Source: Paraphysomonas bandaiensis | Lineage: Eukaryota; Protista; Chrysophyceae | Direction: 5' to 3' | NCBI GenBank assembly: GCA_965644295.1 | Contig: CBFFRP010000199.1 | Location: 62,001-126,000 of the forward strand | Length of the DNA stretch: 64,000 nucleotides | Part shown: in pieces, positions 50,375 through 63,556 of the stretch | Numbering within the stretch: position 1 is the stretch's first letter | Layout of the letters: each line of letters opens with the position of its first letter | The notes under the pieces: model-generated | Databases searched by the model: none | The model's input: the letters and a program-made list of their open reading frames with translations, nothing else | What the model was told of the DNA's origin: nothing | Program-made: the position numbers and the translations under genes

Positions 50375-53300
50375 TTAGTCCTCAAAATCCGATTCATCAT
50401 CATCAAACTCTGATTCCTCAGATTCATCGTCATACACATAAGATTTTACAATCTTGCGCGTATTTCTAGACGGTTTAGGACTCTTTGGTACGAAAACCTC
50501 TTCAACTTCATCCTCATCATCAGAATCAAGAACAATTTTTCTTATTGGTTTGGATTTTTCCTTCGCAGCAGGAGCAGCTTTTTTAGAGGTGGCTTTCTTC
50601 GTGACTTTACCAGAAGCTTTAGGTTTCGCTTGCTTCGGAATGTCTTCCACGACATCATTCTGGGGTTGTGCTAGAGATAGCAAGCGATCTGTGGCTGCAT
50701 TGCGACCAGTTTGCTTCCTGGATTTCTTCACAACTGGAGGAGTTTGGATACCAGGTGAGTAAGCCTCTCTCGCTGGGGCCGCTGATGCTTTTGTAGGACG
50801 CTTTTTAGACTTCTCAGTCTTTTTTACGGGACTTACTTCTTTGGCTTTAGTAACTGCCTGCTTTTTGGAAACTGGTGCTCTTTTAGCTGGTAACTTTTTC
50901 TTCGCTCCAAAATCTGATTCATACTCACTTTCCGACTCGGAGAGCTCATCGAACTGTTCTTCCATCTCCTCATCGCTGTCAGGGACATTGTATGATTTCT
51001 TCTTGGGAGCAGTAGAACGTTTTGCAACCGTAATAGGCTTTGAATTCAATCCTGAACTGCTCTCTTCTTCGTCACAAAGATTCACAATGTTTTGGCTTTC
51101 TGTGGCATTTGAAGCAACTGAATTTGTTTCTGAAGAACTTTTTTGTAGCTTATTCTTTAAACGCTCTGCAAGGGAGAGGGGTTTACTTGGTGCTTCTTCA
51201 ACAGGAGGCTTGTTCTCTGAAGTTGATTTAGAAGTCGCTACTGCAGTTGTCTTTCTTGAAGAGGCACTAGCATTTGATCGATTTGCAGTGGACTTAGCAG
51301 GTTGACGGGTGGCTGTCTTCTTTACCTTTGGTTTAGTTGGAGCATCAAAGTCTGAATCATCAAGATCGTCGAAATCATCCTCCGAGTCGTCAGAGAATCC
51401 CCGTTTCTTTTTAACTGCAACTTTTTTGCCTCCTTTACGTCCTTTTGCTGCTTTTCCGGCTTTTCTTCGTGCAGATGACTCTTCCATCTTTTCCTTTTCT
51501 ATGTCCGCTTCAAACACGTCTAGTGCATCCTCCAGTGAATCTAAATCTTCCATCCAGAGATCCTCTGGAGATTTGCTCAGAAGAGTGTCTAGTGCCTCGC
51601 GCTTAGCATCCCTTTCACGACATAGCTCTTCCACCTTTTCTAGAGTCAAACTCCAAATCTTCATCGACAACAAATAATCATAGCCTTTGTCGAGATTTTC
51701 ATCAGATTCATCTTGACTATCCACTTCCTCGTCTGGAGTATCTGTAACATTTTTTCTTGAAGGGAAAAAAGCCTTGTATCCTTCTCTTTTGAGTTCTTCT
51801 AAAATCTCAGTTTTCTTTCTGTTTGAAACAACCAGTTCTCCGTGAATAACCGCTAATATGAATCGAACCTATATGCAAACATTCAAATTCATTTCTTACA
51901 CATACAGCGATAGATACCTTGTTGTCAAGTTTCTCCCATTCTTCCGCCAACTTCATTGCAAGGTAGTTCTTTCTCTTGTCGTAGTACTCTATACGCACAT
52001 CAAAGAAATCTTCCATGATGTTCTCAGCCCTATGCAGTACTTTACTTCAAATGAACGCTGATGAGCTAATACTACTACCTGTCGTACTTCTTAATGTGAC
52101 CCTCCATGTCAAAAGCATGCATATTTGTAGTTGCGGCGGATCCATCTATTTTAAATTTCTTAGTAAGTCCGCCATTTTCATGCTCTATTTCTTGCAGTTT
52201 TTCCGGAGGAATAGTTAATGTAAACAATACTGTCGTATCAGTATGATTCTCCTTCAACTCTTTAATAATTCCACTAGAATTGTCAGCGCCATTGATGAGC
52301 ATAGTTTCCAAGAACTGCTTGTAATCAGTGGTAGTTTTACCAACTGGCAATTCAGATATGACAACAGTTGAGTCATCAACTTTTTCAATAATTCCGGAGA
52401 CAACGTAGTTATGGGAGTCTTTTCCAGTTTTAGGCTTTACTTCTCCAGTAAAGCCCCTGTACCACGGCTGCAGCGCTATCTCACTACCATCGTTAGTGAG
52501 CATTGCACGTAAATTATGAATGATATCTCTGGGATTGTAAGTTGGTATAGAGGTACTCCATCCTGTACCGATACCCTCCGAACCATTAACCAGTGCCATT
52601 GGAATAACAGGAACATATGACACAGGTTCGATAGATTGCCCATCGTCATCAAGATAGGTAAGTAAGGCGTCATCATCTGGATGGAATATACAACGTGTAA
52701 TAGGCTCCAGCTTTGTAAACACGTAACGCGGACTTGCCGCGTCCTTGCCTCCCATAAGTCGAGTACCAAACTGACCACATGGTGTTAAAAGGTTAATGTT
52801 CCCACACCCGACAAACTTCTGAGCCATGCCAATAATGGTTTGGGTTAGTGATGCTTCTCCATGGTGGTATGCTGAATGCTCTGATACATAACCCGCAAGC
52901 TGAGCCACCTTTATCTCCTGCTTTAAATTTCTCTTGAAACAAGAGAAAAGGACTTTACGCTGTGATGGCTTGAGGCCATCTAGAAAATGAGGAAGTGATC
53001 TTTGATTATCAGCATGACTGAATAGGATCAACTCGTGATTCACAAAACTGTCGTATGTGATGTTGTCGACAGTATAGTCTATATGTACCCCGGGCTCCAT
53101 AGCCAATAGCCATTGCTTACGATCATCTACCCGCTTCTTTGAAAATGCCATTTCAATAATATCACCGGCATTGTCGTGCCAGGCGAAGTCGATTTCGTGA
53201 GTCCCGAGATGAGAGAAGTATTCCTTTGCCTCGGCGGAAGTTGACGTTCCCAACCCCTTATAATACTTTACCTACAGGCCAAGTCACATATACGAATCTA

Positions 53301-55439
53301 ATAAACAAACGGCCCACTTACTCGCCATCCCTTAGCATCATTGTGTGCTTCTTTCCAGGACATATACTCTGGTATCGTGAAAAAAGACTCTTCTTTCTTG
53401 CCTTTAGTACATTTGACAATAGGAGTAATAAATTGCTGTAAGAATCCTGAAAATACCATTATATATGAACACATATTTATGCATGTAAATAATGTTGCAT
53501 ACCGTCGATTTGCAATAGAGAAGGCCAGAAGTGGTGAAGGAAATTGATCAGCAAACCTTTAATGTGAGATCCGTCGTGATCTTGGTCGGTCATTATCATT
53601 AAATGACCATACCTGAAAGGAGAATAGAGTTAAGTCAACTACGCATCATATATTCATTAAACACACCTAAGACTAGACGTGTCTTCGTACACTTTCCCAA
53701 AAGTAAGACCCAATATTTTAGCCACATTCTGGATCTCTTCATTCTTCAGGATCTGGGCATGCGGAGCTTCGCGTACATTCAACAGCTTACCCCTTAAAGG
53801 GAACACACCATAGTAGTCCCTACCCACAACACCAAGGCCAGATATTGCCAATGCTTTGGCGCTATCTCCCTCAGTCAGTATAAGTGTACAATCTCGACTT
53901 TTAGCTGTTCCAGCAAAGTTGGCATCATCCAGCTTAGGAATGCCAAATAACTTAGATTTCTTTGATCCACCTTTCTTTTTCAGTTCAGCATTTTGCTTGA
54001 ACTTAGCCCAGCTTAATATATTGTCCACAACTCCACTGGTTTCAATTTTCTTCAAAAACTTATCCGATAATGTACATGTTGAACCAAAGGATGATGCCTT
54101 AGTTGTAAGGTTCTCCTTTGTCTGTGAGTCAAATGCTGGATTAACGACAAGGGCATTCACGAAGACAGCTAGGTGGTTCTTAATATGCCCAGCCTTCACC
54201 TCTTGCCCTTTATTTTTCTTCTTCACCGTTCCAATAAGTTTTTGTGTGACTTGATCGACAATGTAGTTTACATGCTGACCACCTTTGATGGTGCATATGG
54301 AATTGACGAAAGAGACCTGCTGGAAAGATCCGTCGCTGACTGCAACACCCACTTCCCAACGCTCATTAATGCGCTCAAATACACAGGGGGCGGCAAGACC
54401 ACGAAACATTGCAATATACTACAATAAATAAACGCAACATTACAGGGAAATGTGGTGTTATAGTTGCATCACCTGCTGAAATGTATGAATATTTATTTTC
54501 TCCCCGTTAAGGAACACGTTGAGCTTAGCTCCCGCAGCTGTATTTGTTCCAGCAATATCAAATACTCTCTTGCTTAGCAATGCAACGATATCGTCATCCA
54601 TGAACTCCATTTTAAAGCGATCAAGGTCCGGCTTGAACGTTACGCATGTGAAATCACTACCAGAGTACTTGCTAATCTCTGGCTCTGACCGCTGGCTCAT
54701 GTTATTGCCAAATACTTGCTTAAATTTAAGTCCTCTAGACTTATCGGCAGTTTCAAGCGTAAATTCGGAGGAAAATATGTTTGCCAACTTGGCACCATAA
54801 CCATTCCTTCCGCCAGTGGTTTTCTGTTCGTCGTCATCGAAGTTACTGCCTGTGTAGAATTAGCACAAGATAGTTATATTCATAAGATTTCCCCTTACCA
54901 GTCAACAAATGTCCAAATATGAGCTCGGGAACGTAAATATTGTGCTCTTGATGAATTGCAATCGGAATGCCGTTACCATTGTTCCACACCCTTATAGTAT
55001 TCTCATCGGGATCAATGTCAACCTCGATGCGGTTCATTGAAGGGTCTCTCTGCTTATTGTCTGCAGCATTTACCACAATTTCATCAAAAATTTTGTAAAG
55101 TCCAGGAACCTAATGAAATAGAATATTGGAATCGATCTTATACATAATTTATGTTGTGGACTTACGAATGTGCATGGCCTGTACACCATATCGTTGGCAT
55201 CTCTGTCATACACCCACATCTGCTGAGTCTGTTTCTCCACAGATCCCACTAATATATATCGTTACAATATATGACATTAATCATATCTATATACCATAAG
55301 TATCAGGTCGAAGCAGTATATGTTCCAGTTGACTCTTCTTCTGATACATCTGTTCAATAGTACGCCCCTTTTGGGCCTTACCAGACGTTTTCTTTCCCAC
55401 ATTAGCACGCTGTGGTCCAACGTTTTCGTCAGCAATCAT
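50375..55439 (-). CDS. TOP2: DNA topoisomerase II (multi-exon)
   Basis: YQKKSQLEHILLRPDTY, FDEIVVNAADNKQRD, GGRNGYGAKLANIFS, TEGDSAK, PLRGKLLNVREA, MTDQDHDGSHIKG, YYKGLGTS, DGLKPSQRK, GKDAASPRY; acidic/basic C-terminal domain. Confidence 0.98.
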
Positions 55440-55620
55440 TATTTCGTTAATAGATTCTGTTATATCACTCTACCTTACCTCTAAAATAATGTTGAGAACT
55501 AAGTATGTGAAGTATATGGAATGATATGCTTGTTACATACTTACATACATACACACACACATACATACATATTATCAACGGTCATTTTTATAATCACTCG
55601 GATTGTCCCAATATTATATA

Positions 55621-55719
55621 TTCATCCCATATGTGGGATCACTCTTTCAGTCCACATGTATATATCCCCTATATGGGATATCTCGGAAAGGAAGTCATAT
55701 ATCCCCAATATGGGATGAA
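55621..55719. mobile_element. ~99-bp palindromic MITE-like element in the TOP2/ABCC divergent promoter
   Basis: TIR TTCATCCCATAT / ATATGGGATGAA; three TCCC..ATA..GGGA palindromes. Confidence 0.55.
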
Positions 55720-55882
55720 CTTCGAAGTGAAGTGAAGTGAATGAATGAAGATGAATGCACATCATATGCATATATACGTAGAGTGTGAGTTGACTTTAAT
55801 GATCAGCTTGTGACTTATATAGTCATTCAGTCATTCATATTGAGAGTGTTTTATTAATATAATCACTCTCATTTCAAGTGAA

Positions 55883-58800
55883 ATGAATTCAGGTTATGAA
55901 GACATTGATCCAATCCCACGAATAGAGTGGGATGAAGCAGGATTCCTCACTAAATGGACATTTTCAGCAGCAAATTCAATGCTTCAGAGAGGATTGAAAT
56001 CACCTTTACAATTCGATGATTTAATGCTATTACCAGAGCATGATAAAGCAAATCGATTGATATCACATTTTGAAGAGGCATACAGAGACAGCAAGTCATT
56101 CTGTGGCATTCCTCGGCTAGTTGTTGCACTGTGGAAGTCTCATCGTAGTGTATTTAATGCATGTGCCTTTTATACATTTTTGGAGGGAGCTTTCCGCATC
56201 GCTAGTCCAGTTATCTTAGGATATTTTCTTGCTGATCTTCAAGATCCTAATTCACCGCGGTCTAATATATTTCTTTGGGCATTGGCCTTGAGTATCTTTA
56301 ACTTATGTCAAGCGTTTGTTCATCATGTCTTATTTTATTTTACGATGCGATTGGGATACAACTTTAAAACGTCCACAGTAGGAATGATATTTGATACGCT
56401 TTTCAAAATTCCTGGAGGGGCGTTCCAGTCCAATGACATCGACACTGGTGTATTAGTAAATATGATATCTAACGATGTCGCTAGATTTGATGAATCTTCA
56501 GTGGTACGTATGTGTCCAAGTATATTACGTCATTTATGTTATGTGGTTTTAGTTTTTTCACTTTCTTTGGGAGCCAATATTGGAGTTAATTGCAATTCAA
56601 ATTCTACTGAGTTTGTCTCTGAACTTCTATGCGGGCCTTGCAGGAGTGGGAATGACAGTGCTTTTTATTCCGGTTCAATTAACGGTAGCACGACGTTTTG
56701 CGGGAATGCGTCGTCAGGTTGCTGGTATGACTGACAAGAGGGTCCGGCACATGTCTGAGGCTATTCAAGGCATTGCCTCTGTTAAGTCATTTGGATGGGA
56801 GAACCCGTTCTTTGCCCTTTTGGGTAGTATCCGTCGCATGGAAGTGCAAAATATCACAACTGCGCTCGATCTGCGTGCAATTAATTATGCTCTTTATTTT
56901 TGTTCGCCGCATGTAGCAAGCTTCGCTACCTTTATGGTGTACATAAACACGGGTGGGACATTGACCCTCCCACTTGTTTACACCACATTATCTTTACTAC
57001 AGATCCTGCGACTTGTGATGGGTAGAATGTGGACACGGGCTATTGAGACCTGCTCTGAGTCGACAGCTTCTTGTCACCGCATAGAGACTTTTCTTTCTAC
57101 CGCAGAGAAGCTGCAGCAGCACTCTCGTCCACAACGATCCCATTCTCTCAACGCGGATAATGTGCCGCAACACGAACTCGAACTCCCAAGAAAACACAAT
57201 GATGATACGATATCTGCTTCTCGAAAGCTTCCGTCGCGTACGGTTGTCGCGATTCCGTCGAAGACATCATTCTCGCATGGTACAGATTGTGTCACGTTGA
57301 CTGATATCCAGTTGTCTGTATCTCCAGGAGAGGTGGTGATGATCGTTGGCCCAGGTGCGTACGGAGGGACTCAATTTGTATTGTCCGATGTGTGCACATT
57401 TGTACTAATATGTAAAATGTAAATAATTGTCTGATATGTTTAATCTAGTTGGAGCGGGTAAGAGCTCATTGCTCGCAGCTATTCTGGGTGACATGGCGGT
57501 CTACCACCGCAGGAAACCTATGGATACCACATCTCCAGATTCACCTGTATTCTGGAGTCGAAGTGACACTCGAATCGCGTACTGTGCACAACGCCCGTGG
57601 ATTGTGGCTTCTACAGTGAAGGCGAATATTACATTGGCTGGGAAAGCCGTGTTGCCTGGCACTGTAATGGATAGCAATGCGGGAGAAGTAGATTTCAAAA
57701 AACCCATTCACATCGACGAGCAGCTCTATGGAGAATGCATTGAGCAGTGTCGTTTGGTAGAAGACCTGCAGTTGTGGCCAGCTGCGGACAACACGGAGAT
57801 AGGGGAGAGGGGAGTTTCTGTCTCTGGTGGCCAAAAGGCTCGTATCTCTCTCGCGCGAGCGGTGTATTCGGACTCTGATCGTGAGTATACGCCTGCATTG
57901 TGTGCTCTTTGTAATGTTGTGGAGTATAGTGTATCTGCTCGATGATCCCCTGTCCGCTGTCGATGCCCATGTTGGCAGATCTCTGTTTTTTGATTGCATT
58001 ATCGACTATTTGAAGATAAAAAAGAATAAAGCTGTAATTCTTGCCACTCACCAAGTCCAATATTTGGAACATGCAGACAAGGTACTTGTGCTAGATAAGG
58101 AGGGGCATCAGGCATTCTTCGGAACTTATTTAGAGTTTTCTGAAAGAATTAGTGAGTTTTCCTATGTCAAGCCTGAAGCCTCTCTAGGCTTGGCGACAGG
58201 TGGTGACGCTGATGCATTTTCAGAAAACGGTACTGTTAGCAGCACAAGTGAGCGAAGACGACGTAATTCATCCGTAGATTTTGTTGAATCAGTTAATGGA
58301 AGTGTGTGTGAGAATTCGATAGGCACAGCTGGGGATGATGAGATGGATATCGTGGAAGACGCGAAACAGAAACACGTCATTATTCAAACTGAAGACAGAA
58401 TAACCGGAAAAGTTACTTATCGCACATATCTTACATTTCTCCGCTCGGGTGGTGTGGTGTTTGGTGTACTAGCGTTTTTCTATGCAATTGCAGGGCAATT
58501 GCTCTCTATGCTGACAGACTATTGGCTCCGTTGGTGGGCCAGTGGAAACTTTGGAGATGACCAAAGTAGCCCCATGTACCAAGGAGTGTTTGGTCTCCTC
58601 GTGGTTCTCACAATAGTAGTCGGGTACCATAAGGCAATGGTCTGGCTCCATTACTCTTTAAACGCATCTTCAAACCTTCATACTCGGTGCCTGTGGGCTG
58701 TACTACATTCTCCTGTGCAATTCTTTATTGCTAACCCTACTGGTAGAATTCTTAATAGGTTTGCGAAGGATCAAAATCAAATAGATGAGATGTTTCCATC

Positions 58801-60439
58801 TACATTTTTTGATTTCGTTCAATGTACTCTATTCTGTGTGTCAGCCCTACTTCTTGCTTGCATATCCCTTCCGTGGATGATATTGCTGATGCCCCCTCTC
58901 TTTTATATGTTCATATCCTTTAGATCCACGTACATTAAGAGTTCACGTGAAATTAAGCGAATAGAGGCTCTCACGCGATCTCCTATCTATGCTGACTTCT
59001 CTGCTGCTCTCGAAGGCATCCAGACTCTGCGTGCCTATAAACTAGAAAAAACAATAATATCTTCTTTTCGACACCAGCTCGATGCAAACACTCGCGTTTG
59101 GATATCTTTTCTCATGACTAGCAGGTGGCTTGGTTTCAGACTAGATTTTCTATCAGTGTCTGTCGTTATTTCCATGGCGTTCCTGTGTGCAGCTCTGAAG
59201 GGATCATTTGATGTTGGCCTCGTCGGGTTTGCGCTAGGTACTTTTTATATTTTGTTTCCGAATCGGCATTTTAATTTTGTGTTGCTAGTGTATACATTGA
59301 GTCTGTCAGGCCTCGCACAGTGGACTGTTCGTCAAAGTGCAGAAGTTGAGAACCAGATGACTGCTATTGAGCGTATAGATGCATACTCATACTTGCCTCA
59401 AGAGAAAGGGTATAAAACATCGTTAGAGTCATACATGCAGAGCTGTGCCTCAAGTGCTTCTGTCCCTGCAAGAAATTCTCTCATACCTCAAAGCCCTGAT
59501 TCTGGGGAGTTAATGTCAGTCTCTTCGCCGCTCGGAGTGACGAGGATTATGAAATCAGGAGGAGACATTATCATCAAAGATCTCAGCGTGACTTATAGGG
59601 AGGACTTGAATCCTGTGTTGAAAAAATTAAACATGCACATCTGGGCTGGCTGCAAGGCTGGTCAGTATAATATATCGTCGTCAGTATTGTAGTACTCATT
59701 GTGCGACCGTGCAGGTATTTGTGGTAGAACTGGAAGCGGGAAATCGTCGCTATTGTTGGCACTGCTTAGGTTAAACATTATTACGGAAGGCGATATTATT
59801 CTTGATGGCAAATCTTTAGTTGAGATGAGTATTGAGGAAGCCCGCAGTCACGTATCTATCATTCCGCAGGATCCGCACTTATTCTCTGGGACGATAAGGT
59901 AACAATCGTAATTGCTTGTGACATTCGTTATTTAATACCCTTTTTGTAGATTCAATATTGATCCATTTGACTGTTACTCCGACCAGGACTTATGGAACGC
60001 TTTGGAGGATGCGCATATCAAGGACACTATAGCGCAAAACCCGTTAGGTCTCTCTGCTATGGTTGAGGAAGGTGGAAAAAATTTCAGTGTAGGGCAGCGC
60101 CAGCTTCTTAGTCTAGCCAGGGCTATTGTACGTAAAAGTGAAGTCGTGTTGATGGACGAAGTAACTGCATCGATCGACTATGCAACTGATAAACTGATAC
60201 AAGAAACAATACGTACTTCCGAAGCGCTGAGGCATGCCACCATTATTACTGTTGCCCATCGGCTACGCACGATTGCGGACAGCGATTTAATATGTGTTAT
60301 TGAGTCTGGTTCATTAGTCGAAATAGGCAGTCCATCGGAATTACTCAGTAATCCGAAATCATCTTTCCGTGAACTCGCGGAAGAATCAAATGAATTCGAT
60401 GAAATCTTTAGCATTGCTAGTGCGAAGAAATCAACGTAG
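55883..60439 (+). CDS. ABC transporter C family (MRP-like, TMD-NBD-TMD-NBD), multi-exon
   Basis: GP|[84 protein letters not shown]. Confidence 0.95.
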
Positions 60440-60732
60440 TCGTAATGATATTGTTCATAGAGATTAGTCGTGGTAGTTGTAATAACTAGCTCCCAATGAA
60501 AACGCAACAATGAATGTGTAATCGTACTTAGATTTTCATGTCGATCAAAGTCATGAATATAGCAAAAGTGAGAGCTTTATTGAGCTATCAAGATGTATAA
60601 AAAAGCAGCTCAAGACATCTTAAAGTAGCTAGTAGTCTTGGTTAAGTATGGTGATATGAGTATATTTAAGGTGTGGGTAGTAGCTTGAGGTGTCGCGTCA
60701 TGACATTAATGTAGTAACTAGTATGCTTTTAT

Positions 60733-61132
60733 TCCCATATTGTCTCTCAGAAAAAGCGATTTTTGACCTGAATTTTGTTCCACAGAACCGGGCAAGTATA
60801 GGCATTCAGCAGCTATATATCGTCCCGATATTCCTTATATCCCTATAGGTTAATTTTAGCGTATTCTCATGATACTGAAAACCAAATATCTATACTGTAC
60901 AGCTGTTTGTTTGTAGGTAATATAGATTTCATATCTAAGGATTTACGGATTATTTTACTGTAATTTGAATCTGAAAGGTTAAAGATAAACTTTGCATCAT
61001 CATCGCATTTATATATTTTCTATTCAAACCGAATATTGAAGCCGAATGTCTATACTTACCCGGGGCTAAAATAAGCATTCTGCTTTGAACAAAATTATGA
61101 TTGAAAAGCGCGGTTTTTGAGACAAAATGGGG
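60733..61132. mobile_element. Degenerate ~400-bp MITE with long imperfect TIRs
   Basis: TCCCATATTGTCTC..AATTTTGTTC..CCGGGCAAGTATAGGCATTCAGC versus GCCGAATGTCTATACTTACCCGG..GAACAAAATT..GAGACAAAATGGGG. Confidence 0.7.
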
Positions 61133-61616
61133 ATATACTAAACATCCAGTAATGAAATTTCTGTATATGTCCGTTCTCATGTAATAATCAGACATTCTTA
61201 AAAAAGTAATGAAATTTCACAGAAATATATATAGCTAAAGGCTTCCCCGCCCGTCAGAATGCACATGTGGAAGTAGTTTAGTTTTGACGTATATTATTGG
61301 ACCCACTTTCTTTGTCTACATTTTTTATTACTTAGTGAAAATTTAAGCGTCAGATCTAGTTAGTATTTACGGTTTCATCATATTTTTAGAATTTAATTAC
61401 AACTAGCAAATGGCAAATTTCTGACATTTCAATGATGACAACAATACCATAATAAAATAACGTATAATAAATGCATTAAAGGTAACAGATGTTTAAAGAA
61501 TGATAATACGTGATCGACAACAGCAATATAGCTGTTACACCTAAACTGGCGCATCGTAATAACCCACAAGTATCAACTCTAAAATATATACATAGAATTA
61601 TCGGTCGCCACCTTAG

Positions 61617-62645
61617 TTAAATAAATACAAAATCATCGTCTTCAAGAGTCTCTCTCACGACGCACTGGTAGTCATCACAATCGGAGTATATGACACAAGG
61701 CTCACACTCCGATCTATCTGACTCACCGGACGTATAGCATAGCTCATCGACAACTGTATCCCTGACATTTAAGGCCTGAACAACGTGCTCCGCGCTCATT
61801 CGCAAATATCGCTTGATCATGTCATACGGTTGAATGCTACTAGACTCGCATGCTTGACATAAGAGGAACCCTCTGCGGACTGTACACGTATAATACGCCT
61901 CCAGCTGCTTGCTCCCGCATTGGGAGCACTGTATCCCATTGTCCGTTCCACGAGAGATTATCCTCATGTCTTTATATGGTGATTGAACTTCTAGATATTC
62001 TCCTGCACATTGGTCTGCAGAATATATCTTCAGCACAGGGGATTGATGGGATGACGCAGGCGCACAGTTCTGGCACATATTGAAGTTTTCTCGTTTCAGA
62101 CAGACATAGCGTGGGCCTCGTATAGGTGATACACCACACACCGAGCAGCAAACATTCTGGTGTACTTGTAGAGCTCCGCATCTTGACAAAAGTTCATACA
62201 TTCCTATATCTGGGTGAGGACACCGGACTACGAAACCGTCTAGACTTTGCTCAGGAGTGGCATGTAGCATGGGATACGGTTGTAATCCCCGCGCCTCACA
62301 TGAGGTACATAAGTAAAACATGTCACGCACTGAGCACTTGTACCGATCACCCAGTATGATGCGTCTACACTCGTTGCAACGTGGATGTTGAGTATATTTC
62401 TTCTCCACTCTCAGAAAGAATTCACGAGAATCTGGGTCCATCTCCCGCAGGGCTTCCTGTATGTCTAGATCGGATGATACTTCCACATACTCTCCATTAC
62501 ACCGCATCCACGTCATTAAAACATTAACATCTAAAGGAATTAAAAATATATGTCGAACTTCCCCAATGAGGCGTCTGTATGAGAGCTGATTGGTGATCGT
62601 CACCTGTCCGGACATCCCATTAAAGCGTAATGAAATCATATTCAT
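61617..62645 (-). CDS. PB1 + three ZZ-type zinc fingers + C-terminal LIR-like motif (NBR1/p62-like, no UBA seen)
   Basis: PB1-like MTWMRCNGEYVEVSSDLDIQEALR; CNEC..RYKCSVR..LCTSC, CSVC..PIRGPRYVC..MCQNC, CSQC..YTCTVR..LCQAC; ends DDDFVFI. Confidence 0.8.
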   Translation of the reverse strand: MNMISLRFNGMSGQVTITNQLSYRRLIGEVRHIFLIPLDVNVLMTWMRCNGEYVEVSSDLDIQEALREMDPDSREFFLRVEKKYTQHPRCNECRRIILGDRYKCSVRDMFYLCTSCEARGLQPYPMLHATPEQSLDGFVVRCPHPDIGMYELLSRCGALQVHQNVCCSVCGVSPIRGPRYVCLKRENFNMCQNCAPASSHQSPVLKIYSADQCAGEYLEVQSPYKDMRIISRGTDNGIQCSQCGSKQLEAYYTCTVRRGFLLCQACESSSIQPYDMIKRYLRMSAEHVVQALNVRDTVVDELCYTSGESDRSECEPCVIYSDCDDYQCVVRETLEDDDFVFI

Positions 62646-63556
62646 CGTCCTAACAGCTGTATTTGATGAGCTATACGAAGAAATGTATATTAGAATTAAT
62701 ATAATGAGTATACAGTGTGATGATTAGTGCTGACACAGAGCCGATACACATAATCCAATGATGATATCTAATCAACACCCCTCTCTAGTAGCTGATGAGA
62801 TTATCAAGAGCTCTATCACGTATATGAATTACATTGAGGAAATGAGAATTACATGAAGGTCAATCTTCACATATCTATCATGTGATTGAGAATTGAGATG
62901 AATTCAGTTAGTTTGATCGGAGTTCCGTGTAGAGTAACAACACTCTGTATGTATCTCTCTATATGTATGTATGTAGATGTATGTAAGTATGTAGATGTAT
63001 GTATCTGTACAGAGTGTAGAGTACGTTATGCTGGTGTCTGTACATATAGTGTACTTCGGCTGCCCACTTGAAGAACAATGTTCGAATTAAATTTTATGTT
63101 AGCCCTGTAATACAGTACTGTAGGACTGTACTACGTTTAAGATATAGACCAGCATTATACGTGCTGGTACTCGTGCTGTATGGTGTGGTTCTCGTCATCT
63201 ACACCGAATATTATTTCGAATTCTCGAATATTCGCATATTAAAACTTCGTGGACAAAGAAACTCCGTCTTTACACAGAAGATGATATATGAATTTATAGA
63301 ATTCCGTAGAGAAAATGAGGTTTTCTAATACAGATAGTGGAATATCGGATTTTTCGTGTTGTGGACACACAGTGTATGACACAGAAGTGTTGTGAGGTTT
63401 ACATTAATTTTCTCTTTGGTGAGAGTTAGAGTGTGAATCCCACTATATTTCCATCTCAATGCCAACATTACAATGATTACTCTGGCTATTCTTTCGCTAA
63501 CTGATGTCTTACAGTTCTAAAGCTTTTATTGGGTTATTTGTGTATCAATATATACA

